A stretch of 64,000 nt of DNA from Blepharisma stoltei ATCC 30299 (GCA_965603825.1 CBFDEM010000022.1:326975-390974); one strand, 5' to 3'; shown: positions 1 through 13,170, counted from the first letter of the stretch. Numbers and translations: made by a program. The notes: generated from the sequence alone by a model not told the origin.

Positions 1-790
1 CTTCAAAGCTCTCAATTCCAGTGGCTTCTGTTATTTGATGGAAATGAAATTGAAGTGTTTTTATATGTTTTTTGTAGTCTTCATAGGCTTTTGTCTGAGT
101 TTTTATAGCTTTTCTTCATTTGGATAATAAAACTGATAGAATTTTGGTTAAATTAATGACTTCTAAAGGTTTTAAAGCTTGATATTTAAAAAAAGAATCC
201 AGCTCTTGAAATGACTTATTTTGAGATTGTTGGCTATCTTTAATAAAACTCATAAGACTACTTACTCTATCACTATAAGCATTTCTTTGGTGAGCGCTTT
301 TACTTCGTAAAACTCCTAATTGTCTGTGATGTTTTTGCACTTGTTCCGCACTTTTCTCATATTCACTGAACAGTTTTTCTGATTCATCTGCATATTTTTT
401 TATTTCTTCTGACATGCTCTCAATATTTTTTTGACAAGCTTGAAGATCCATTCTATAAAATTCAATTTTGTCTCTGACTTCTTTATTTGAAATACATTCA
501 TTGTTTAATTTGTCAATTTCTAAGTTTAATTGTTTTTCATAAAAGTTTAATTGCCGCTCAAGTGACTTATCATTGCTTATTTGTGGCAACTTTATACGAT
601 TTTTGGTTTGTGTAAGCTCTGATTCAATAGCTTTTATTTGCTCATCTAGATATGCAGATTCACGCTTTTCTGCTTCAAATTTTCTGATAGTTAAATCGAC
701 TTCTCTTTGAATACGTTCAACTTCTGGTTCTCGAAGTGAGGTGCTGCTTCTAGAAACGTTGGTTGGGACTTTGGATCGATTAGAAAGCAT
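1..790 (-). CDS. Coiled-coil protein, probably outer dynein arm docking complex subunit (ODAD1/CCDC114/CCDC63-like); 3' end runs off the window
   Basis: ORF 116..790 continues through TGA (116-118, read as Trp) as WRKAIKTQTKAYEDYKKHIKTLQFHFHQITEATGIESFE to base 1. Long heptad pattern, and ITEATGI resembles the ODA-DC2 family motif. Confidence 0.6.
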
Positions 791-1746
791 TTAATTTTAA
801 TTATGGAATCCATATACGAATTTTCTATTAGAAACAAATTTTATCCCTGGGAATAAGGTTAAATAATTTGTGGACTGGTCAAAATTTGAGTTTAGTTGAA
901 ATAAAGCAAGATCAATTAGCAAAGATTATTTATATGATAAAATTTAGTTATAATACTTCTCTTTTTGATAGTCGATTTATTTAAAGAATCAAAAATGCTA
1001 CGTGCGTCGATTGTGGATATAAAAAGATGACATTTTAATAATTGCCTTATTTAAAAATACTTGCTAAATAGCTTTTAAGAAAAAATTATTATTGCAAAGT
1101 ATTCATTCAAATCCTAAATTATTTATCAAAGTAATTTGAATGCCTGAACTAATTTTCTCAAACTGCAGACTTAAATTGTAAAAGAAAATATTATAGAAAA
1201 AATAGATTAAATTAATTTTAAACACACTAATTATTACTATCTTGACCGTAATATTAGTTTAGTTAGTTAAGAATAATTATTGCATAAAAACTTTCTATGG
1301 TTAAAATACAATTATAAGGTCTGAGCTTAAAATATATTTAACAAATATCACTCAAGTAAATTAATATTTCAAAAATACTGTAATTTTTGCTTAGCCTGTT
1401 CCATGCTTAAAATAGGGTAATTCCTAATGCAGGATATTGTAAAATGGAAATGTATGCCAAAAAAGTTTCATCTAAAATTAAGATTAAATGTGGTTTTTTA
1501 ATAATTCTCTTCTGTTTCTATAATAGATATAAGAAATAAAAATCCCTGCTGACTAATTAGCCAATATTCTATTTTTATAGTCACAGAATAACTTCTAAAC
1601 ATTACTGAAATAGACTATAAAATAGATGCTTATAATACTTTGATAGAATAATTTTTCAATTATTCTTTATTTTTTAAGTTTTATATCAAATTTAAAAGCA
1701 TGTTATTAAATTAGAAACTGCTATATAAATAATTATGCAATTTTTT

Positions 1747-2136
1747 CTAATGCTTATTTGATAGGCAATTAAGAGCATCCTCAATATTGCAAAATCTTTT
1801 TGCTGCTTGCTGAGCTATAATTGGGGAATAGCCCATACTCACTAATTGTTCTTTAAGATTAGCTTTATCAATGCTATTGATTGATCTTTGCTGAGAATTT
1901 GCTTTAGTATATATTGGCCCTCTTGGAGCTTGATTTTGGGCTGGCTTTTGATTATAATTAGGGGTAGATGGAATAACAGAGATAGGTGGAGGGGAAGTTA
2001 AATCTAGAGCGACTTGAATTTTAGCATCATATTGCATTAATTGTGAAGCCATATAATTTGCTGTTTCTACGTTTCCCTGGTTTAAAGCATCTTCGAATGC
2101 TTGGCAAGCCTCATTTACCCATTCTACATATTCCAT
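1747..2136 (-). CDS. Small protein with C-terminal UBA-like domain
   Basis: Start at MEYVEW (2136) after an AT-rich leader. C-terminal LKEQLVSMGYS...AAKRFCNIEDALNCL fits the UBA pattern (MGF/Y loop, terminal A-L-x-x-L). TAG stop. Confidence 0.65.
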   Translation of the reverse strand: MEYVEWVNEACQAFEDALNQGNVETANYMASQLMQYDAKIQVALDLTSPPPISVIPSTPNYNQKPAQNQAPRGPIYTKANSQQRSINSIDKANLKEQLVSMGYSPIIAQQAAKRFCNIEDALNCLSNKH

Positions 2137-2635
2137 TTTAATTATTACTAAAAACATGCAATTAATATTTGACTTTATAAAAGTCTTCCTGATCCTCTGA
2201 TCTCCAATTACCCTATTTTCATCATTCCTTTCAGTATCTATTATATATAATTAATAATTTAGGCCTCAAAAGTAAGCCCATTACTTTCATAGAGTGAAAA
2301 CAATTGTTGTTGTAACTTAAGAAATTATCTTACTTCTTAATTTCTATAAAAAATTTCCTGTGATTTATAAATATTAGCACATCAATTTAAGGGAGCATAA
2401 ATTATTTATTAATCTGAAACTAGATATAATTATCTTCATTGCTGATTTTCACTATTAGCAGGCTTTATATTCTACCTCTTTTTAATTTCGAGATTCATAT
2501 GAGTATGGTGTTGTCAGTATAGCTTATTGTTTTGTCAATTTATTTCTGATCATAAAATAAGTTTTTGAACAATTTACCTATAGAGATTATCCTTTTTACC
2601 AGCTGCTATATAATAAAATAAAATAATCATTAAAT

Positions 2636-4321
2636 ATGAATGTTTCGCCCATAAGAGCTGTACAACTAACATTAAGAGAGTCTGAAACAATTATTTTTGT
2701 AATCAATAATTAGCTTGAACAAGTTAGTGCATGGACTTTCGGTGAAGGCAAAGTAAGAGACTGCTTTCTTACACTCATTTCTAATATTGAAGCTCAGCAT
2801 GAAATAGCGTAATTTTAATTCAGAATTTTTCTCTACAAGAGACATAGATTATTTTCAATAAATTCTAAAGTCACACTTATGGTGGTTTTGCCTTTAACAA
2901 AAGAGTTTAAAATCGAGCCAAGAGAAGGAGGCTTTGCTTTTTGCTGGCTTGGAGATATGGACACAAAGTCTGAAATTAAAGGAAATGAATTAGAAATTTT
3001 AGAGCTGATTAATAAGCATATAGAAAATGTAAGCAGATATCAACGAGCTCCGTTTTCGTCAGACTCAAACTCATTTAAATGAATTTGGTATTACCAAGAA
3101 GCTATCCCAATGAAAGTAAAAACATGTGACGTTAACATCCAGCGAGATTTTAAACACCGAAATACTGTGATGCTATTGCCTGAGCATCATGGAGGAAGAG
3201 CTATGGAAACCTATATTAGTGAACAGCTCGTCAAAAGGGAAAGTGAGTTTACTGAAAAAAGAGAAATAAAGCTTATGGTAGGAACATGAAATACTTGTGG
3301 AACAGGTCCAGCTGAAGAACTTAGCTTATGGTACAGATGCCAAAATGATGAATATGATATGTCTATTGAAGCTCCTGATTTAATTTTATTGTCTTTACAA
3401 GAAATGTGTAAATTAAATGCGAAAAATATTTCTGGGGATGAAAATCGGAAAAGAGAATGATGCATTCATTTGTGTGAGCAAGCAAATGTAGCTTTCCCTG
3501 GAAATGAGTATATATTAGCAGCTGAACAAGATTTAGTAGGACTACTGACCTTGGTTTTAGTTAAGCGCAGTTTATTTGAAAATTTGAAAAATATTGTTTG
3601 CTCAGTTGTGAAGCTTGGGTTCAAAGGATATTTAGGAAACAAAGGCGGCGTTTCTTTTAGATTTGATATTTTTGACTCTTCAGTTTGCTATGTGAATTGC
3701 CATCTAGCCCCCCATAAAGGAGAAACGAGATTGAGAAATAAACACGTGAAATTGTTGACGAAATTAACGAAGTTTTTAGTTACGGCGAAAAAAACAAAAA
3801 ATATGTATGAGCACGATTTTATTTTTTGGAGTGGGGATTTGAATTATAGAATAAATACTCTTGATTTTAATCAAATTGTTGAAAAAGTGACAGGGAAGGA
3901 ATATCAATTTTTATTGGAAAGATTTGATCAGCTTAAAATTGAATCGAGAAAAAACCATATTCTAGAGGACTTCAATGAAGCTGAAATAAGGTTTCCTCCT
4001 ACTTATAAATATGTAAAGAATTCGATTGAGCTGAGCTATAAGTAAGATTTATTTAGCCAAAAGCGAGATCCTGGGTGATGTGATAGAATTCTGTGAAAGG
4101 GGAACGCCATTTGCCATCGGTATGGTTCTTGCCCTTACCAGCTGCAAAGTGATCACAAGCCTGTATTTGGGTCCTTCACTCTGCCAGTCAAAATATCTAA
4201 TGCTCATTTAAAAGAAAAAATTGAAAAAGAAATAAGAATTACAATAAATGAAACATTTTTGTCAAATAAACCAACACTACGAAAAATCGACCAAGAACCC
4301 TTATTTGACCACGCAGAATAA
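2636..4321 (+). CDS. Inositol polyphosphate 5-phosphatase (OCRL/INPP5B-like), three introns
   Basis: join(2636..2698,2714..2808,2824..4041,4057..4321). Motifs VGTWN, LQEM, GNKGGV, NCHLA, WSGDLNYRI, FPPTYKY, RDPGWCDRILW, SDHKPV. Three motif Trp residues are TGA (3287, 4076, 4094). Confidence 0.93.
2699..2713 (+). other. 15-nt spliceosomal intron GTAATCAATAATTAG
   Basis: GT..AG with A at -6. Removal eliminates an in-frame TAG and joins the reading frame. Confidence 0.85.
2809..2823 (+). other. 15-nt spliceosomal intron GTAATTTTAATTCAG
   Basis: GT..AG with A at -6. Removal eliminates an in-frame TAA. Confidence 0.85.
4042..4056 (+). other. 15-nt spliceosomal intron GTAAGATTTATTTAG
   Basis: Removal joins FPPTYKY...ELSYN to the catalytic KRDPGWCDRILW motif. 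Confidence 0.92.
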
Positions 4322-4872
4322 TTGGTAATAGAATACCAAAATTAGGCTAGATTGAGCGTATTAGAGCTTGATTTATTAAATCAAGCTCACAATAAATTAG
4401 CTAGAAATATGAAATAATGTTTTTATTTGATATATATTTTATAAATATCTGTAGAAAAGCTTTCTCTTATTGGCTTCCAATATAAATATATTTTAGTTCT
4501 TATTCATCGATTATATCAAATAAAATATTAAAAAGCTTTCCAAAGTAGCAATATAAGATGCCTTGTCGCTCTATTTGTATTTTTGTAATAAAGTTCCATT
4601 TGCAATGGAGAAAAAATTATAAAAAAATATATTAACAAAAGATAAAATTTTGCTGAAGGTAAACAAAACAAATAAGCTCCTAGCTTTAAAATCCATAATA
4701 AATTTTTCCTTTCATTTTTTTTTTAATTTTTATTTGTCCACTTTTTAAACGTTAAATTAGTTATTATGCTATATAAAATCTTGTTAATCCTCTTTAATCT
4801 CCCAATTATTTCATTAATTTCATCAGTACCCCAGCCACTATTTATGTATCGTAAATTCATATTCAATGTAAA

Positions 4873-5826
4873 ATGAGAGGAACTCGTAGGTGGTCAGTAA
4901 CCCAAGATCTAAATTCTGCTCAATTCATATTCAACTTGATGCAGAATTTCCCCAAAACAACAATGGTAATGGACGTGCGATCTCCAGCAGAATTCAATCA
5001 CATGAGACTTCACAATTCCCTCAATATCCCTTACTGTGATCAATACAGTGATTCTCCATCAATGCAAGATCTGAGACAGCACGCAATAGGAGATTTAAAA
5101 TTATTTGATAATAGAAGACGGCTTCTTATTATTATCGTATTCAGCCCTCCTGGTATTGTATTCGCGAGAGAAGTCGCTTATATCTTATGAAAAGATAAAT
5201 GCAAAGAAGTCCATGTACTTGAAGAGGAATTCGGCCATTTTGCTCAAAAGTACCCGTTTTTGTGCTTAGGGGACGGATTCCCAACATATAAATTGCCAGC
5301 CTTTGGATACCCTAGTGAAATTATTCCTTTTCAGTTATATTTAGGTGATTATCACCATGCAGAAGACCCATTGGTCGTGGAATGCTTAAAAATCACACAC
5401 ATTCTAAATGCAACGAACTGCTTTGAAGCAAGATTTATGTCAAAAGGGGTTGTTTACCTCAGACTAGGAGTTGAAGATTTAGCAACTGAGGATATTTCTA
5501 AGCATTTTCAGCTGGCTTACAATTTTATAAAAAATGCCTTAAAAGAGCCTAGAGGAAGAGTCCTAGTGCATTGTGCACAAGGGGTTAGCAGGTCATCTAC
5601 ATATGTAATAATGTATTTGATGAGATCAAGGAAAATTAATTATGAAGCAGCATTAAATATTGTTAAACTGTATAGAGAAGTTGCATGCCCTAATGAAGGA
5701 TTTGCAAAACAGTTGCAAAATTTGATTTTTACTGATTATGATAGTGATAGCAGTAGTGAAAGCGATAGAAGCATTGCAAATGAGTATGAGAATGAGACTA
5801 ATCAAGACAAAGTTATGATAGATTAA
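4873..5826 (+). CDS. Dual-specificity (MAPK-type) phosphatase with N-terminal rhodanese domain
   Basis: ORFs 4873..5190 and 5260..5826 are in one frame joined through TGA=Trp. Rhodanese DVRSPAEFNHMRLHNSLNIP and catalytic VHCAQGVSRS. Confidence 0.92.
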
Positions 5827-6069
5827 GAAATCAGTATATATAATCGATAAGTTTTAAACTTGAACTAGAATTAAGGGTTTATTTAACAAAATTAATCAGC
5901 ATAAGTTAATTAATTAAGAATTAATTGTAAATATTTTTAAAATTATGCTGTGTTCATTTATTTAAAATATCAATTAGAGAAATAGATGGCTATATTTTAG
6001 TAGAATGTCGTAAATTATTATATAGATTTAAATACTTTAAGATGGGACTTAATTAGCATTTTGATTCTC

Positions 6070-6624
6070 TTAGGTGAGAGTCTCCGAAACCTCATTAATT
6101 TGTTTTCCAGCACACATTTTGCATACCCTTACTCTTGTATCATATCCAAATTCAGGAATTGTTTCTCTTAGTTTTGAGTCTTTCTTACAAACTGCTTGCC
6201 CACATTTTCTGCAATGATGCTGCCTAGTCATAGCTGAGAATTTTCCATTGCAAACTTTACAGTTCAAAGCTCCCCTAGGGTCATCTCAGTTAGGCCTCTG
6301 TGCATGCTTAATTATCAGGCTTCAAGCTCTGAATTCCTGGACTGTCTCGCATTTTATTGTTCATTGTTGAGTTTTTCCTTTTTTATTTACCAAATAGCAC
6401 TCAATTGAATTCGGTGAGCTATTTTCAGAAATAACTCTAAATTTATTGTTAAGGATGGTCGAGTTCTTTGGAGGAGTTCCTAACGATAACGAATAACATA
6501 ATTTTCTATCAGAAAGTACCAGTCATCTTCTTTTTTCTTTATTATGTGAAATGATCGTGACATATCCTTCTTTCTTTAAGCGATCTCGGTGAAATTCAGG
6601 ATGTTTTGACTGTTTATGACCCAT
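6070..6624 (-). CDS. PH + FYVE domain protein (phafin-like), possible N-myristoylation (MGHKQSK)
   Basis: Frame is open from ATG 6624 with four TGA=Trp. PH-like KKEGYV...KRRWLVL...EFRAW; FYVE WxxD-like NWDD, RQHHCRKCG, RVC. Confidence 0.88.
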
Positions 6625-6712
6625 TTTTATTTTCAACTATAAGTCGAAATTAAAGTGATTATATTATTATGTGAGTGTTTAATTTAAAAACACCAATATG
6701 TGTAGGAAAATC

Positions 6713-7327
6713 CTAAAATTTTGGCTTAAATTTTTTCTGCTGATGCTGCATATTGAAACTTTTCACAGACTTTGGCAAAGAAGTCACAAGTCTTTTGTGT
6801 AATTCTTCTTTATTTTTTAAATAGTCTTCTTTGAGTCGGCTCATTAGCTCATCAGTCCTTTTCCCAATCGGGCTTTTAGGAATGTGATGAGAAAGCATGA
6901 GTTTTTTGTGTAATTGTTTTATGGAAACATCTGGTGTTGTGGGTGTTGTGTCTTTTTCTTCGTCTTGAAACAGTAAGTTATATGATTTTAGTCTGTCAAC
7001 GATAGAATTGTGCTTTCTTCGCTTGAAGACATTGCTGCTGCAGTTCCTTTCGTTTTGAAAAGTTTTTCTGAAGTAATCTAAATTAAGCAATAAAGATTTT
7101 CTGTGAGGACTTTCAAATTCTCCGCTAATTTGCATGGATGGTGAATGTGACTTTCTCTTAATTCTTGAGGTTATTTGTTTTATATTGGCGTTTTCCACTC
7201 TAGGAGACGGGGTGCTTGTTCGGAATTCACGTTTAATTTTATAGTGTTTATTTGGAGAATGGGCATTGTCAGGTGACAAATGTCCAAATTCCATTTTATC
7301 ATAATCATTATACCAGCCCAAGGGCAT
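6713..7327 (-). CDS. Hypothetical basic Ser/Pro-rich protein
   Basis: 204-aa ORF with ATG and TAG; no recognisable domain. Confidence 0.7.
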   Translation of the reverse strand: MPLGWYNDYDKMEFGHLSPDNAHSPNKHYKIKREFRTSTPSPRVENANIKQITSRIKRKSHSPSMQISGEFESPHRKSLLLNLDYFRKTFQNERNCSSNVFKRRKHNSIVDRLKSYNLLFQDEEKDTTPTTPDVSIKQLHKKLMLSHHIPKSPIGKRTDELMSRLKEDYLKNKEELHKRLVTSLPKSVKSFNMQHQQKKFKPKF

Positions 7328-7360
7328 ATTATGACAATTTTAAGAAATTTCTAAAACTTA

Positions 7361-9175
7361 TTAAATTCTTTCTCCTTGGATATTGTCCCATTTTGAAATA
7401 AGCTGGCTTATAGTATCATTTACTTGGATGTTTGACTTCGCAAGAGCTCTTAATTCTTCTAGATCAATATTCTTCAACATCTCGTTCATATCCAGTTTCT
7501 TAGTCAAAAATTCGATTTTAGCTTTCAATTCTTGATTTTCCTGGGCTAAATGTTTGCTGTCCCTTACATCTTTTTCTATATCATTTATAAGGACCTTATT
7601 TCTATCTTCGAAAACTCTGATTTTGAATTGTGTATCCTTTAAGTCACTTTCTAAATTCATTCCTTTTTGCTTCAATATTTTTACATCTTCTTCTAAGACT
7701 TCTGATTTTCCTTTAATTTCTGCTGTGTCATAAGTCAGTTGATTTTTTATTTCAATGAGTTCGTTATTTTCATTGATTTTTATTTTTAGGTTATCCATAT
7801 GGTATTGAGAGTCTCTCCTTGCATCTTCTACATTTTGATTGGCTATACTTAGCTCTTTTTTTTCTCTTTCCTTTAATCTTTTAGTTAGCAATGCTTCTTG
7901 CTGAGTTTTTTCTCTTTCCATATCCATTTTCATGTCTTCTACTTGATTCTGAAGATCTCGTTTATCAGCAGCAGCTTGTCTACAAGCTTTTTCTATCATT
8001 TGTTTGGTATGTTTAAGGGCTTTGATTTTGTTAAGTAAATTATCTCTTTCTAATTCAACTTCTTGCTTCTGGTAATTCAAATACCCCAACCTATCTGACA
8101 AAAATGTCATTGTTGATTGATTTTTTAAGTCTTCTTCCAGTTTAAACTAAATATTTCTTACCAATCTGTCTTGAAGCTCTATAAGCTGCTTGTTTTTTTC
8201 TTCTATTAATTTATTATTAAAAATTTCAGCTTGAGCTACTTTATCTTCTAAAGCCTGGATTTGTGTAGCCTGCCTATCAAGCTTTATACGAGTTTCTGAA
8301 GCATAAGTTTTAGCTAAATCTCTCTCTTTTGTTGACTCACCGAGTTTTTTCGCGCTTTCTTCTTTTTGGAAGATTGTAGCTGTAATAGCTTTTCTATATT
8401 TTTCTCCATCAATATCAAAATGTTCTGTGTCTTCTCTAAGCTTAGCCTGTAATTCGCTTTTATCGTCAATTGCTCTATTTAAATTCGTTTGGAAAGCTTG
8501 ATTTCGGCCCATGAGTTCACGGTTTTCATTTTGCAAAGAATCTATTTTAGCTTCTAAATCTTTTTGAATTTTTTGATACTTGCTTTTGAGCACGACCATA
8601 TTTTCCGTCAAAGGGCCGGCTTCTAGCCCACCCATAAATTTCCCAGCCCTTTCTTTGCTTTGCTCCTTAGTAAGCTTGATCTCCATTTCCAAGTAATAGA
8701 GCTGCTGTTGAAGATTTTTTATGTATTCTTCTTCAATAGGTTTCCCCGTTTCTTGAGGTTTATCGATAAATGTAGTTTTTTTGGTTTTTGTTGCTGAAAA
8801 GCCTTCAAGCTTCGGATCATTTGGAGGTGCTTTACGAACTGAAGGCTGAAGAGGAGGATTTTGCGGGGGTTTTATTTCTTTTGAAGAGCCTGTACGATTA
8901 TAAGCATCAGGATAGCCTATTTGTTGAGACTGTAAATTTGGGTCATTTCTTGGCTGTCGGTCGTAGTTTTGGAAAGTTGATTGAGGATTATAGCGATCTT
9001 GAGATCTTGGGTTAAATAATTCTTTGGTAGATGTAGGGCGAGCATAAGGATCTGAAGGAGGAATTTGTTGGCCTTGAAGAGAGAGATCAGGGCCACGCTG
9101 TCTTTCGAAGCCTTGGAGAGTAGATTGAGAAGGGTTATAGCGATCTTGCCCTCGGTTACTATATCGGCTATCCAT
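7361..9175 (-). CDS. Coiled-coil protein with Q/P-rich N-terminus containing a duplicated ~45-aa repeat; one intron
   Basis: ORFs 8147..9175 and 7361..8110 are joined in frame by removing intron 8147..8161 (DRL|FKLEEDLKNQSTMTF). QDRYNP(S)QST..Q..QQI occurs twice. Confidence 0.85.
8147..8161 (-). other. 15-nt spliceosomal intron GTAAGAAATATTTAG
   Basis: GT..AG with A at -6. Contains an in-frame TAG. Confidence 0.88.
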
Positions 9176-9533
9176 AATTTAAATTGAGTAGAAGAAATAA
9201 TAATTCTTTAAACTTAAAGAAAGTTTATTAATATAGACTGAAAATTAACTACTGCTAGATCGATTTATTGTTTATGATTTTAATTAAACGGTAAAAAAAT
9301 AGTTTTAAATAATCTCAGTTTGTTTTGCGTTTTGATTATTTTCAATTGAATGCTTCATATATTTTATGCTGAATTTTTCAGAATTTAGCCTGATCTTAAT
9401 TTTTTAAAAAGCATAGTAGTTGCATAAGAGCTAATTAGTAAAAATAAATGGAAAATTTTATTGAAAACCATTCATATTTTTATAGTTATATAATGAATTT
9501 GCTGATGATCTAAATGTATGAATTTAATTAAAA

Positions 9534-10856
9534 TTACCCACTAAAAGGCTCGACATATGACTTGCTTTTTTCATAAACCTCATCATATACTTTGATTAAA
9601 TTTCTCCTAATTGTGTTATTGACATAATTAATTTCGAACTCATTTTTTTCTTCATTGTAATCCTTAATCGCCATAAACCCATGATTGAATAAATGCAATT
9701 CCAAATTATTTGCATCAGTCAAAAAAAAATCTTTTTTTTGAAATACATGGTTTTTCCCCCATTTTTTATTCAAAGCTTCTTTAAAATATTCTTGGCTTAA
9801 AATCTCGAAATTCCCTGCAAATTCTTTAATAGGCATCCCATACACGAAATTCTGCTGTAGATAATCTTTCATATATTTAGGAAAACTAAGATTAATTTCA
9901 AAATCGTCAGGATTCCCTTTGCTTAAGTAATTTAAAAATCCTTGAGGATTATATAGTTCTTTATTTTCGCTAGTGAATCTATAACCTCCAAATGCACTTT
10001 TTATGAGACTTTTTATTTGATGTGGTAATAAAGTACTTTGAGACTCATAAAAATTAAGATAATCTCCGAAATTATTCTTTAATTCTTCGTCAGAAAACCC
10101 TAGAATTTGGCTGAAATTTGAATCTAAAGTGATGTCTTTAATTTGGATTTTTTCATGCAAATAAGTTCGAAATCCTATTAGAGAGGTGTTAGTTTTTACA
10201 AAAAATTTTATATTTTCCTCTTTTTCTTTTAAACTTGCTAAAATTTTAGTCAAAATTTCAATTAAATCATTCCTCTTTTTTTGATATTGAATTGTTTCTA
10301 AAGTAATTTTGTCAAAATTATCAATTAAGATAACGACAGGTCCTAGCTTGTCTTTTATGCCTTCTATAAGATTTCCAAACATTTCGTGCACAGGTAAATT
10401 TTTATTTAATTTTATTTGATAAGTTTCAGCTGATTTTTGAAGCAAATTTTTAATCATTTCTGTAAATATTGATACTGTTGCTGGCCGAAACGTGATCCCA
10501 AAGTCATAAAACAGTACTGGAGTTTTTTGGAATAATTCTGGTTTATTAAATATATAAGTTCCATTGAATAAGCTTTGATTTCCTTCAAAAATTTCTTTAA
10601 TTGTTTTCAGTAATAAAGTTTTTCCAAAAGAATCAGGCCGGGAAATTGAATAGAATTTGCCACTTTGTATCATGCTAGCAATTAATGGAGTTTTATCAAC
10701 ATAGATATAGTTGCTTTGACTGAATCTAGAAAATTCATTGCAATTTATTGATATTCTTTTGATTGTCTTAAAATCTGTGCTAAATATTCTTGAATTTGTA
10801 GATGGAATGAGAAGGCTTGGATTTCTTGTGAATTTTTCAAAGGAATGCTTTAGCAT
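9534..10856 (-). CDS. AAA-ATPase-like protein of the bacterial YVDKT/RPRRFGK family (PF09820-like) with a putative mitochondrial presequence
   Basis: NYIYVDKT, SRPDSFGKTLLL, VVILIDNFD, DITLD...ILGFS..EL, GGYRFT...LYNP, LF..GFMAIK. Confidence 0.8.
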   Translation of the reverse strand: MLKHSFEKFTRNPSLLIPSTNSRIFSTDFKTIKRISINCNEFSRFSQSNYIYVDKTPLIASMIQSGKFYSISRPDSFGKTLLLKTIKEIFEGNQSLFNGTYIFNKPELFQKTPVLFYDFGITFRPATVSIFTEMIKNLLQKSAETYQIKLNKNLPVHEMFGNLIEGIKDKLGPVVILIDNFDKITLETIQYQKKRNDLIEILTKILASLKEKEENIKFFVKTNTSLIGFRTYLHEKIQIKDITLDSNFSQILGFSDEELKNNFGDYLNFYESQSTLLPHQIKSLIKSAFGGYRFTSENKELYNPQGFLNYLSKGNPDDFEINLSFPKYMKDYLQQNFVYGMPIKEFAGNFEILSQEYFKEALNKKWGKNHVFQKKDFFLTDANNLELHLFNHGFMAIKDYNEEKNEFEINYVNNTIRRNLIKVYDEVYEKSKSYVEPFSG

Positions 10857-11417
10857 ATTGAAAGAATGTAAGTATTTTATAATTATAAAACATGACAGAT
10901 GATTTAAATATGTCGAAACTTATTTATAGCCAAAACAGACATTTAAAAACATATATTCCGTTGTCTGTGAATGAAAAAAAAGTTCAAAAATCTTATATTT
11001 TAGGCTAGCAAATAAATATTAAGCTACTTCAAATAAATTTTTGATCGCTTGCTAGGTTTTATAAATTAGATTAAAACTTGCTTCAAATTATTGCAAAATA
11101 GAAAAAAATTGCGCGCTCGTTCACAGAGGAGTGGAGTTTAGTTTCCTCAATATATTTATGAAATTAAAGTCGTTTTATTTAATAATTTTATTAAAATATT
11201 TAGGCTGGGTCCAATAAGCAATAAATTGCGCTGGCAAGTATTCATAAAAGGCTTGATGAATTTCTTCTTGTTGAATCTTTTATAAGCAACTATATAAATA
11301 TATTAATTTATATTATTAATAAAAATTTAGACAATTATTTTGATGATAAGTAAGCTAAGCATGCTCATTATTTTACAAAAAATAGCTCCTAATAATTTCA
11401 TATTGCTAAGATATATT

Positions 11418-13163
11418 ATGGGAGCCAATAATTCAGCAACATCAAAAGGAAGCAACAATAGCTCAGCAGATGTAAATATATTTAATCGTCCTCTCGCAAA
11501 ATTCCAATCCGATATCATAGAAAAATCCAAAACGAAAATAGTTATTCATAGCATAATCAGGGCGTTTTTAGTTAGAAAAAAAATCCAACCTTACTTAATC
11601 AAGATTAGAGCACGAAGAAATAGATTCCAGCAAATTATCCTTCAATCCCAAGTCAGAGGTTTTTTAACTAGAAAAATAACTACTCCAGGATTGATGAAAA
11701 TGAAAAGAAGGAATAAATATACACAAGCTATTATCCAGTCACAAGTGCGAGGCTATTTAAAGAGAAAAGAAATTTTAAGGAAAATTAGGAGATTAAGGAA
11801 GAAAAAATTTAAAGCATTAGGATTCAGCTTACAAGGAATAGCAAAAAGTTATTTAATTCGCAAAAAAAATAATCAAGCAATAATGTGCTTAGCAAATGAG
11901 AAATTTAGGTTTTCTTTAGATATAATAAAAGCAATTTGCAAAGCTCACTTGTTTAGAGAGTCCATAGAAGAAGCTATATATATATTTAGAGAAAAAAAGC
12001 ACAATGCAATTGGAATTAGCTTGCAAATACTGGGAAGAGGATTTTTAATAAGGAAAAAAGAAAAAAGGCATCTGCGAAAGATCACTAAAAAGAAGCTTTT
12101 TCATACATTAGCTGTCATAAAATCTACTTGCAAAGCGCACTTAATAAGAAAATTTTTAGAGCCTTATATCCACCAACTCAAAAATAAAAAAAATAATGAC
12201 CTTGGAATCATGCTTCAATCATTAGCAAAAGGATTTTTAATAAGAAAAAATACCAAAGCTCCGATTCAGCAATTAATTGAAGACAAACAAATTCATCCAA
12301 GACCATCCTATGATTTTTATAAAGGAAAAATCAAGGATCTAAAATCAAAAAAAATCAAAGAAATTGAAAAAAAGATAGGGAGACATAAAAAACTAGAATA
12401 TTGTGGAAAGATTAAAGTTAATTTCAGAAAAGCTTTGGCTCTAGATGATTCTGTATATGAAGGACTTTGGGATCCCATAACCAACCAAAAGCATGGAATG
12501 GGCAAAGAATTTTTCAAAAATGGCACATTTTATTATGGATCATATAAGCATGGGCTATATAATGGAGAAGGAAGAATAATCTATAATAATGGAGATTATT
12601 ATGAAGGAAAATTTAAACGGGGATTATATAATGGCTATGGAATTCTAACGAAAATTAATGGAAGTGTTTATACTGGGGAATTTAAAGATGGGATAAAAAA
12701 TGGCAAAGGCAATGAAATAATGCCAGATGGTACAAGCTATGATGCTACTTATGAAAATGGTATAAGAAATGGTCCAGGCTCTTATAAATCCTATGATGGA
12801 AAATCATATCAAGGGGATTTTCTAAACGATTTATTTCACGGTAAAGGAACATTTATATGGCCAGATGGGAAAGAGTATAGAGGAGATTGGCGTAAAGGAA
12901 AAATGCACGGAAAAGGAGAATTTATATGAAGTGACGGAAGAAAATATGTAGGAGACTATTTTAATGATAAAAAACATGGCCTAGGTATTTTTGATTGGCC
13001 TGATGGCAAGAAATATGATGGAGAATGAGTTAATGGCTTACAGCATGGAAATGGATATTATACCTTTTGGGATCCCAAAAGAAATATTTTCAAAACTCTT
13101 CAAGGTACTTGGGAAGAAGGAAAGCGAATTTCGTGGGCAGACTCTGCCAATACCAATAATTAA
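11418..13163 (+). CDS. IQ-motif + MORN-repeat protein, possible N-myristoylation (MGANNS)
   Basis: Repeated IQ-like [12 protein letters not shown] units, then about 10 MORN repeats (YxGxF/WxxGxxxGxG) continuing through TGA 12927 and a second TGA to TAA 13161. Confidence 0.88.
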
Positions 13164-13170
13164 TAATAAA

